Origin: Squalus acanthias
Lineage: Eukaryota
Reading direction: 5' to 3'
Assembly: GCA_030390025.1 (NCBI GenBank)
Contig: CM059432.1
Span: 145,826,001 to 145,890,000, forward strand
Length of the DNA stretch: 64,000 nt
Part shown: piece by piece, positions 52,323-62,800 of the stretch
How the letters are laid out: each line of letters begins with the position of its first letter
How positions within the stretch are numbered: the stretch's first letter is position 1
Notes under the pieces: generated by a model
What the model was told of the DNA's origin: nothing
The model's database searches: none
Seen by the model: only the letters and a program-made list of their open reading frames with translations
Made by a program: the position numbers and the translations under genes

Positions 52323-53096
52323 AAACCAGAAATTAGACTTCGATGGTTGCCGCGGGGGTAAGGATCCGGCGCGATCTTACCTACCGCGCCTGCCTTTATG
52401 GTTCGGGCCCACACGAACTTCGGTTCCTGGGCCTCTCCCTGGTGCCGGCGCGCAGTGTGTGCGTGTCCCAGAGGCGCAGTTAGTTCGATGCGACCTCTGG
52501 GATCACGTGGGCCAGTGAGAGCCAATGGCAGCACACCATCTTTCATTCATAGATTTGACAGGAGAACTGTCAACTATGAGAACTGAGAACTATGAATACA
52601 AATTGCCCCCAAAAGAACAGCTAAACCTCAAATAAATTTTAAAAAAAACCATCACATTAATAAAATAACTATAGTTAAATAAATTAACCACTTTAAACAA
52701 AAATTTTAATTTTTGAAAAAATTTAAATTCTTTTTAAAAGTTATAAAAATAAACTTACCTTTCTTTAAAGTCTCTAAAAAAGATAAACCTGTTGAAAAAA
52801 ATTTAAAATACTTAATTAACTACTTACCTTGTTAAAAGGGGGTCTTACGCCTCCTTTTTTCATGTGTAAAATCTTCAATACTTACCCTCGCGTTGAAACC
52901 TAAAAAAAACCTAAGTGCGCTGCGTGCGCACAGCCTGTAGTGCGCACGCGGTTCACTTAGGAACCGCCCCCTTCGCAATATCGGAAGTGCCGGTTTCCCG
53001 CGCATGCGCAGTGCATGCAGGAAGCCGGCACTTCGGGACCGAATATGGGTGAGTACACAGTGCGTACTCTCCCGTATTCGGCCGAATTTCTGGGCC
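52323..53096 (-). mobile_element. Diverged subfamily copy (3 of 3) of the 9011/36806 MITE
   Basis: Collinear reverse complement of copy 1 along its whole length. Confidence 0.85.
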
Positions 53097-53311
53097 GAAC
53101 TGCGAACGGAAGACTGCCGACGAGTGCATACCCGAGCAGGGTCGGAGTCTCCATTGTACAATCACACTGCTGCAATACTTGCTAATGTTTATGTCAGTGG
53201 CAGTTATAGGCTGAAGACTGGAACTTCAGCCATTTTAGAAATTCTAGCATCTATCAAACCAGTTTTGTGATTAGAGCTGGAGAAGATTATGCAAGTTCCT
53301 TTGCACCCTGT

Positions 53312-53562
53312 TGCCTACTTCTTTTCAGTGAATAGAAGCTTTCGGTTTCTCCTCATCGAGATGAACCAAATTAAGGCATCTCCAGTGTAGTACTGAGGGA
53401 GTGCTGCACTGTCAGAGGTGCCGTCTTTTGGATGAGACGTTAAACCAAGACGGCACCTCCGACAGTGCAGCACTCCCTCAGTACTACACTGGAGATGCCT
53501 TAATTTGGTTCATCTCGATGAGGAGAAACCGAAAGCTTCTATTCACTGAAAAGAAGTAGGCA
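53312..53562. repeat. 116-bp near-perfect inverted repeat, 19-bp spacer
   Basis: 53312-53427 vs 53447-53562, one mismatch. Confidence 0.95.
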
Positions 53563-54654
53563 CAATTTCGAAGAAGAGCAGGGGAGTTATCCCTGGTGTC
53601 CTGGCCAATATTTATCACTCAATCAACATTACTAAAAACAGATTTTCTGGTCATTATCACATTGCTGTTTGTGGGAGCTTGCTGTGCGCAAATTGGTTGC
53701 CGCATTTCCTACATTGCAGCAGTGACTCCACTTCAAAAAGTACTTCATTGGCGCTATATAAATCCAAGTCTTTCTTTCTGTCAACAGGATGGCCTTCCAA
53801 CAGGCAATACAACCGCAGCAAGTCCTTTTCATTAGCTTTGTGGTGCTGGAAAATTTCCAATGTTGGAAGAGAACCAAGACTGGTGCGGATGTTAGTAGCT
53901 GGAAAGGATTTATAGCATTCAAAAGAAATCTTTAAACGACAGCCAGCAAAACCAACACTGAGGGCAGGTCGCCTGAGGTAAGGTCTCAGCAGGCCGGCTC
54001 AGGAACGTTGCCAATGCACATCAGCTGAGCCCTGAGCCATTAAAGACCAAATAAAACTGAAGTTATTTTGAATGTTCTTTCCAAAAACTTCTGCAACTTT
54101 TACAGAACTTCTGTGCTAAGCTACAGTGGAAAAAATCTATAATTTCTAATCCCTGCACTCTGGTGAGGTAATGAGTGAACAGCAGGCAATTTCCTCTCTT
54201 CTTTCCCACAAGGGTCTTAATATAAGACGAATCCTTAGAGAGGAGAGTAAAGGACTTCTTTATCCTAGCACTATACATTTTTTATTTAGCAGGAATCAAT
54301 GGAAGCTGTTTTCCAATCAACCTACAAACATAAAATAGTTCTAATTGGGTTAAGTGGAAGTTATTCTAACAGCAGAATTATTTACCCGAAGTTTTATTAA
54401 AATAAACGCAACTGTGAGAATGTGACATGTGTGTTTCCCACACCACCTCTTCATTCCTAATGCTACTATAGTTTGTCAGCTCACAAAACCCAAAGCAAAT
54501 TAAAAAACATAGAAAGTTACCCAATCAATTGTTTCCTCTTAAAAAGAGGCCGGCTCAGTCAACCAAGCACTGGGGGCTCATTTCCAGAGGAATAGAATTC
54601 AAAAGCATAGGAGTGGTGTTAAACTTATGTAGAACCTTGATTAGACTACACTTG

Positions 54655-55528
54655 GGGGGAGAAATTCGATATCGTCCCGTTTGGAGTGCAATTATCAGCC
54701 GGGCGCAAAGTTTAGCGCCTGGCGCTAATTATCGCCTCCGACTTGGCTTCTATCGCCCCTGGAGGTGATTGGCGCGCTAAATCAGGCACGACACACCTCT
54801 CTTAAGGCGCTAACGCCAAGGAGCGAGGCGCTACCTCAGAGCGCTGGCGAAGCTCATGTGATGTCAGTCAGCAATGGAACACAGACACACTGGCGCCGGC
54901 CAGTTCTTAAAGGGGAGGGTCGATCTTGCTCTCCATCCACACCCTGCTCATTGCAGCCTTGAATCTTGGCCTGGAGAGACCTGTACATCAAATCTGCTGG
55001 AAAGAACAATGGAGAGGCCCAGGGAAAGAGCTCAGAGTGCAGCCCCCATAATCTCTTCTAAATCGATGCAAGGAAGGTCAAATCAAAATGAACCTGCAAA
55101 GTGCTGCTCCGTACCCAAAACTCCTTCACACAGCGTTGAATCTCTCCAGAAGTCTCTCTCTCTCTCTCTCAGAATGCGTGGTGCAAAAACGTCGCCGACA
55201 AAAAAAGGCAGGAAGCGGTCGCCTTTAAATAGCGTTCCCCCAGTCCCTTCACGACTGCAAAACGCTCCCCTCAACCTGTCGTTGCTAGCAGCAGGCGGTA
55301 AGGCAGGGGGCGCCACTCAATATCCGGTCCGGGGTGCTACCGGGGCGTTGCACGCTCGACTGACGTCACGATCTGCGGGCGCAGGAGATTGTGGCGGTAG
55401 TGTTTAGCGCCGCCGCAAAATGTCTGGTCAATTTCGCGAGTGGCGCAAACATCGCCGCGCCCGGGCACTAGATGCTTTGCGCCCCATTAGCGCTAACGGG
55501 AGGCACAAAGCAACCGAATTTTTCCCCC
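54655..55528 (+). mobile_element. PIF/Harbinger-like non-autonomous transposon
   Basis: TIR GGGGGAGAAATTCG / CGAATTTTTCCCCC (13/14), TTG target duplication in a CR1 host. Confidence 0.88.
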
Positions 55529-55879
55529 TTGGAGTATTGTGCGCAGTTCTGGTCTCTATATTACAAAAGGATTTAGAAGCACTGGAGAAAGTGCAAAAAA
55601 GATTCACAAGGATGATACCAGAACTGAGAGGTTATACCGATCAGGAAAGACTGAACAGGCTGAGGCTGTTTTTCTCTAGAAAAGAGCAGACTGTGAGGTG
55701 AGCTAGTAGATGTCTTTAAAATTATGAACGGGTTCGATAGGGTAGACATAGAGAAGATGTTTCCCCTTGTGGGGGAGCCCAAAATTAGGGCCATAAATAT
55801 AAGATAGTCACTAATAAATCCAATAAGGAACTCAGGAGAAACTTCTTTACTCAGAGTGTGAGAATATGGAACTTGTTGC

Positions 55880-56531
55880 TGTTAGAATAAATCCTTATCC
55901 TTTTCAATAACAGATTCGAAAAGCTAGAGACAGTAATATGTCTGACAATTAACTATATTTATTATCGTTTCAAAACATTTATCTTAAGACTTCGTACAGA
56001 GCAGGTCACACAGCCCTACTATGTCTAGAAATGCACGTGTAACAAACTTCCCGAAGCCTATCCAAAGGTGTTCACGGTAGCTCTCTTTGAAGCTAACCAA
56101 AGTTCCTACCTGAGGTTTGCTTGGTGTCTCTTTATACCATTTTAAAAAACAAGCATTCATTGTCTAATTCTAGCTGAAGGCAACTTTGTTGGGTGTTTCT
56201 TGACCACTGGGTCATGGAACATACAATGATAGAGGCCTCATGTCCTGGTTAATTTCCTGCCACATTGTCATAGAAGTTTACGGCACAGAAGGAGGCCATT
56301 CGGCCCATCGTGTCTGTGCTGGCAACTGTCCACTCAGCAACCTATGCTTCCCATGTTTGCTCTTCCAGAGCTATAGCCTTTGCCCTGGAGTGTCAAAAGG
56401 CTAGATCTGCCAGCATACAGGGTCAAACCAATTTTGATTTACACATGTGGTTTAATTGTAATTGCTGCATTAGCTGTTCTGTATTAAAAAATATATTATA
56501 AACAATGTAAAAATCTATATATATTCTTACA
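55880..56531 (-). mobile_element. Probable solo LTR inserted into CR1
   Basis: TGTTAGAATA...TATTCTTACA termini; TATAAA and AATAAA on the minus strand; CR1 continuous on both sides. Confidence 0.55.
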
Positions 56532-57547
56532 GCTACCACAAGGAGTTGAGGTGAATAGCATAGATACATTTAAGGGGAAGCTAGATATGTACATGAAGGA
56601 GAAAGGAATATGTTGATGGGGTGAGATGAAGGGTGGGAGGAGGCTCGTGTGGAGCATAAACACCGGCATGGACCAGTTAGACCAAGTGGCCTGTTTCTGT
56701 AAATTCTATGTAACCACACTGCAGGAACAAGAAAGCACCACCACACAAGTTTCTGTATTTGGCTAATTTATATAGATTACTGCTTATCCTTTCACTTCAC
56801 CATTTCAGACATAATTACTGAAGTAAGAATCTGAGTTTACCGTGTGAAGATTTTATGAAGCAACTTTTTAAATATAAAGTGGTTAAAGTAATTCCCCTTT
56901 TTTATTTACCCCCAAGTTATCCTCCATATCTGCATCATCAGTATCCGTACTGGTTTGATTTAAATTGGTGCCAAGTATATAAGTTGAGAGAGAAAAGACA
57001 TCCAGGACTGTTCACTCTCCTCACATGAGCGCAAACAACAGACAAGATGAATTCAAACTTAGATCTGCCAATCAAGAACCAAAACAGTACATCGCTATTC
57101 TTCCCGTCGCTGTGGAGACACCTTCATAAACTGAAAGATCTCCTGGCAGCCACAAGTACAGTACAATGTTCTGATGCGATTATGTGTCATTCTAGCTTCT
57201 GAAACAGAAAGACAGCATCTTTTAAGAGTGGAACGAACCTAAGGCCTTGTCTTTACAGAGCCGCACCTTTTTAGTATTAAAATGTACTGTTGGCTAACAC
57301 AATGTTTTTTTAATGAGTATTCAAGTAAATATTACAGGAAACTGCAACTTTACTTCAAAAAGTGAAACCCCAATGAGCGAAATGATACGCATTTCAGTGG
57401 CCAGTTTGAGTTTACCATGCAAACGAGAAGTTTACAGCCAGAACAATGACGAAAGCTGCCATTGTTTTATACACTACACCTGCTCATGAGTGAATCTTCA
57501 GCACAAGTCTGGCAAGGTTGGCAGCTGATTCGTCAAACATTCCGATT

Positions 57548-57981
57548 TAGAAACATAGAAACATAGAATCTAGGAGCAGGAGTAGGCCATTCGGCCCGTC
57601 GAGCCTGCTCCGCCATTCAATACGATCATGGCTGATCATCCAAATCCAGTACCCTGTCCCTGCTTTAATCCCCACAGTACACATATCCCACCCTACCCCC
57701 GTAACCCCACGTATTTAATTCCCCCTAACATATCCCATCCTATCCCCATAACCCCACATATTTAATCCCCCCTAACACTAAGGGTCAATTTATCATAGCC
57801 AAATCAACCTAACCCACACATTTTTGGACTGTGGGAGGAAACCGGAGCACCCGGAGGAAACCCACGCAGACACGGGGAGAATGTGCAAACTCCACACAGA
57901 CAGTCACCCAAGGTCAGATTCGAACCCGGGTCTCTGGCGCTGTGAGGCACCAGTGCTAACCACTATGCCACCGTGTTGCCC
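57548..57981 (-). mobile_element. V-SINE (HE1-like) with CR1-derived tail
   Basis: tRNA head, V-domain TTTGCACATTCTCCCCGTGTCTGCGTGGGTTTCCTCCGGGTGCTCCGGTTTCCTCCCAC, CR1 3' tail with (ctatgttt)n; internal 47-bp duplication 57681-57774. Confidence 0.85.
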
Positions 57982-58156
57982 ACTGGATGGTGTCCAACCA
58001 GGTCAGTCAGGAAAACATTACATCACTGTCCACACCTTTGATTGCCGTGATTATCTCTCTGCCGAGGTGTGATAAAGGGCAGTTAGAAAGATTAACTGTA
58101 ATCATCTGGCAGTGTTCTCTGACTATATATGCTGTGCCATTATGCATCTCTTCATT

Positions 58157-58243
58157 TCACCTGACGAAGGAGCAGCGCTCCGAAAGCTTGTGATTTCAAA
58201 TAAAGCTGTTGGACTATAACCTGGTGTTGTGCGACTTCTCACA
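58157..58243 (+). mobile_element. PLE family A end with hammerhead motif (58157-58193)
   Basis: TCAC-CTGACGA-A-GGAGC AGC GCTCC-GAAA-GC-TT-GTGA then the same tail as 43190-43235. Confidence 0.75.
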
Positions 58244-59239
58244 AGCATCTATAGAGAGAAAAGACTAACTCTGATACAGGGTCCACAACTGAAATGTCTT
58301 TTCTCCTTATAGATGCTGACTGACTTGCTGTGTGTTCCCCGCATTTGCAGCTGTTTTATTCTTTATTTGGGCTGCTTTAAGCTTTGCTCTTGCAGATTCC
58401 TACATTTATCAAGATCTAAAGTGACATTTTCACAGTACAGTTCAATCCACAATGCTCTTAGTATTTAACCCTGTTTATTACACAATTTTAAACAAAATAA
58501 ACCTGGAGGAACACTTTGGAAGCTTCAGAAAAAAGTTAATTCCATTGGTGGTTCTAGTGCAATATTTAGGCCTTTGATTCCTTTACCTTCTTTCTTTAAA
58601 AGACAAATTCAGTAATAGTTAACTCCTTAGAGAGAGAAAAAATCCACAAAGATTAATGAAACAAGAAGAAATCATGATAGAAATAGAAGAGCTGACTGAA
58701 TCTCCGGGGAAATCCCATGACTGACAGCAGCTGTAATAATCAACTCAATCAAACAATACACAGAAAAATAAGTAGGACCATATTCTCCAGATGCTGCAGT
58801 CTCAGGGCTGAAATAAATGTGATGACTCATGTCTCGCACTCACATGGCCTACTTACTGATTTATTTAACAGACCACATGGCGGTGCAACCAACATCACCA
58901 TCATTAATTCATGGCAGACAGCCGGTAGCTGCCACAGCAGTTGTTGGAGAGCATGATTATCCCCTGCAGCGTTGATCGTTTAATAAAGAAAACCAGTCGG
59001 TAACATTAGTCTGGTTAAACCTGAATGATTCCTCTGAAGCCCAGAAAAAAGGTAATCCCATGCAATGGGTCAGAATTAAATGTTGAACTGAAAAAAATGT
59101 ATTCTAATTCATTTTTTTTTTAAGGCATAGTTTATTTGGCAAATGCATCTCTAGTCCAGAACTGCATGCAACAAGTGCAATAAACCAAATACCCGCAATA
59201 TTTACAAGTTATTCAAGTTTCGCAACCTGCTATAATATT

Positions 59240-59820
59240 GTTCTTTAGCAATATTGCTACTCCTCCTGCTTTAGCCTGGAATATTAAGCTCCCATTCATG
59301 CCCAGCTTGCAGCCAGGTCTCTGTAATGGCTACTGCACTGTACCCCTTGAGCGGAATCTGTGCTTCCAGTTCACTTGCTTTATTACTTCTGAAAAGTGCA
59401 TGTGTGTGGAGAGTTCTGATTTGGTTCACTGTCCCCACCTTGCCCATATGCACTGATGGTGTTTTTCTCACAGCTCTTAGCTCGTCTGAGAAATGCAAAA
59501 ACAATAGGGCAGTAATAGTAGGGGATTTCAACTACCCTAATATTAACTGGGATAGAATCAGTGTAAAAGGTGTAGCCAGTACGTAGCAAGCCCACCAATG
59601 TGTGGGGGGGGTCTGGACCTGGTTTTAGGGAATGAAGCTGGGCAGTGGAAGGGGTATTAGTGTGAGAGCATTTTGGTGGTAGTGATCATAATTCAATTAG
59701 ATTTAGCCTAGTTATGGAAAAGGACAAAGATAGACCAGGAGTAAAAGTTCTCAATTGGGGAAAGGCCAATTTTACTCAGTTGAGATGTGATTAAGCAAAA
59801 GTGGACTGCAAACAGCTACG
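59240..59820. mobile_element. Old CR1 endonuclease fragments in opposite orientations
   Basis: Minus 'AITETWLQAGHEWELNIPG'; plus 'IVGDFNYPNINWD'. Confidence 0.7.
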
Positions 59821-62800
59821 TGACCTGGGTGGAGCAACAGCGGCGAGGCGGCGGCTGTAAAAGAGGCGGCGACCAGGTAGGCTTACCAATCTGAGCCCCG
59901 AGAGCGGGAGAGAGAGAAGTAGAAAATAATCAAAGTGTGACGTCACCAGAAAGCAGGTAAGTGATTGGTTGGTGAGTATTTCTCTTTTTCTCCTTTTTTC
60001 CATACTTAAATTCTGTGGTTTATAGTTTCTAGAGTCTCTGTGGTGTAGCGGGGACTGCTGTTAAGCAAGGGCCCTTGAGTATATCATTTAATTGAAGTGA
60101 AATTGGTGGAATTCAATTAGTTTAATTTTAATTAATTAATTAATTAATTAATTAATTAACGGGTAAGTCATGGCAGCAGAGCTCGGCGCCGTGATATGCT
60201 CCTCCTGCAATATGTGGGAAATCAGGGACACTTCCTGTGTCCCTGACGACCATGTGTGTGGGAAATGTATCCAGCTGCAGCTACTGACGGACCGCATTGC
60301 GGCGCTGGAGCTGCGGCTGGATGCATATTGGAGCATTCGCGATGCTGAAAACCTCGTGGATAGCACGTTTAGTGAGTTGGTCACACCGCAGGTGAAGGGT
60401 GTACAGGCAGGAAGTGAATGGGTGACCACCAGGCAGAGTAAGAGGTGCAGGCAGGTAGTGCAGGGGTCCCCTGTGGCCATCCCCCTCTCAAACAGATATA
60501 CCACTTTGGATGCTGTTGGGGGGGGATGACTTATCAGGGGAAGGCGGCAGCAGCCAACTTCCTGGCACCATGGGCGGCTCTGCTGCACAGGCTGGGAGGA
60601 AAAAGTGTGGAAGAGCTATAGTGATAGGGGATTCAATTGTAAGAGGAATAGATAGGCGTTTCTGCGGCCGCAATCGAGACTCCAGGATGGTGTGTTGCCT
60701 CCCTGGTGCAAGGGTCAAGGACGTCTCAGAGCGGCTACAGAACACTTTGGAGGGGGAGGGCGAACAGCCAGTTGTCGTGGTGCACATAGGCATCAACGAT
60801 ATAGGTAAAAAACGGGATGAGGTCCTAAAAGCAGAATATAGGGAGTTAGGAGGTAAATTAAAAAAGAGGACCTCAAAAGTAGTAATCTCAGGATTGCTAC
60901 CAGTGCCACGTGCTAGTCAGAGTAGAAATAGGAGGATATTTCAAATGAATACGTGGCTAGAGGAATGGTGCAAGGGGGAGGGATTCAAATTCCTTGGACA
61001 TTGGAACCGGTTCTGGGGGAGGTGGGACCAGTACAAACGGGACGGTCTGCACCTGGGCAGGGCCGGGACCGATGTCCTAGGGGGAGTGTTTGCTAGTGCT
61101 GTTGGGGAGGGTTTAAACTAAAGTGGCAGGGGGTTGGGAACCTGAGCAGGGAGACAGAGGAAAGGGAAATAAGGATAAAAGCTAAAGACAGGAAGGAGAA
61201 AAACAAAAGTAGAAGGCAAAGAACTCAACGGTTTAAATCAAACATGGTCACAGTAAATAATAATTCATATAGGTCTGAGAGCGTTAAAAAAACAAGCCTG
61301 AAGGCTTTGTGTCTTAATGCAAGGAGCATTCGGAACAAGGTGGATGAATTAGCTGCGCAAATAGAGGTAAATGAATACGATTTGATTGGGATTACAGAAA
61401 CATGGCTCCAGGGTGGCCAAGGCTGGGAACTCAACATCCAGGGTTATTCAATATTTAGGAAAGATAGGCAAAAAAGAAAGGGAGGTGGGGTAGCATTGCT
61501 GGTTAAAGAGGGAATTAACACAATTGAAAGGAAGGATATTAGCTCTGATGATGTGGAATCTGTATGGGTAGAACTGAGAAATAACAAGGGGCAGAAAACG
61601 TTAGTGGGAGTGGTATATAGACCTCCAAACAGTAATACGGAGGTTGGGGACGGCATTAAAAGGGAAATTAGAGAAGCATGCAGTAAGGGCACAGCAGTCA
61701 TCATGGGTGACTTTAATTTACATATAGATTGGGCTAACCAAATTAGTAAAAATACTGTGGAGGAGGAATTCCTAGAATGTTTACGAGATGGTTTTCTGGA
61801 ACAATATGTCGAGGAACCCACCAGAGATCAGGCCATCTTAGACTGGGTATTATGCAACGAGAAAGGATTAATTAGCAATCTTGTTGTACGAGGCCCCTTG
61901 GGTCAGAGTGATCATAATATGATAGAATTCTTCATTAGGATGGAGAGTGAAGTAGTTGAATCAGAGACTAGGGTCCTGAATTTAAATAAAGGAAACTACG
62001 ATGGTATGAGGCGCGAATTGGGTAGGATTGATTGGGGAATGTCACTCAAGGGGTTGACGGTGGATAGGCAATGGCAAACATTCAAAGACTGCATGGATGA
62101 ACTACAGAATTTGTACATCCCAGTGTGGCACAAGAATAAAACAAAAAGGGTGACTCAACCGTGGCTAACAAGGGAAATTAGGGATAGCATAAGATCCAAG
62201 GAGAGGGCATATAAATTGGCCAGAAAAAGCGGTAGCCCTGAGGATTGGGAGCAGTTTAGGATTCAACAAAGGAGGACAAAGGGATTAATTAAGAAGGGGA
62301 AAATAGAATATGAAAGTAAGCTTGCTGGGAACATAAAAACTGACTGTAAGAGCTTTTATAGATATGTGAAGAGTAAAAGATTAGTGAAATCAAGTGTAGG
62401 TCCCTTGCAGTCAGAAGCGGGGGAAGTTATAATGGGGAACAAAGAAATGGCAGCCCAATTAAATGCATATTTTGGTTCTGTCTTCACAAAGGAGGACACA
62501 AATAACCTCCCAGAGATGTTGGAGAACATACGGTCTGATGAAAGGGAGGAACTGAAAGAAATCAGTATTTGCAGGGAAATGGTGTTAGGGAAATTGACGG
62601 TATTGAAGGCCGATAAATCCCCAGGGCCTGATAATCTACATCCTAGGGTACTTAAGGAAGTGGCCCTAGAAATAGTAGATGCGTTGCTGATCATCTTCCA
62701 ACATTCGATGGAATCTGGAACTGTACCCATGGATTGGAGGGTAGCTAATGTTACCCCACTATTCAAAAAGGGTGGTAGAGAGAAAGCGGGGAATTACAGT

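Larger units (their letters stand above)
54560..56715 (+). mobile_element. CR1 3' fragment interrupted by a MITE and a probable solo LTR
   Basis: 'ISRGIEFKS..VVLNLCRTLIRLHL' resumes as 'EYCAQFW..KVQKRFTRMIP' after 55528; 'WNL|LPQG' region resumes after 56531. Confidence 0.85.

Noticed and set aside
53505..53545. TCGATGA-GG-AGAAA-CC-GAAAGCTT hammerhead-like string in the foldback arm
   Set aside because: Core deviates from CUGANGA, stem II is only 2 bp and no stem I; at best a decayed relic
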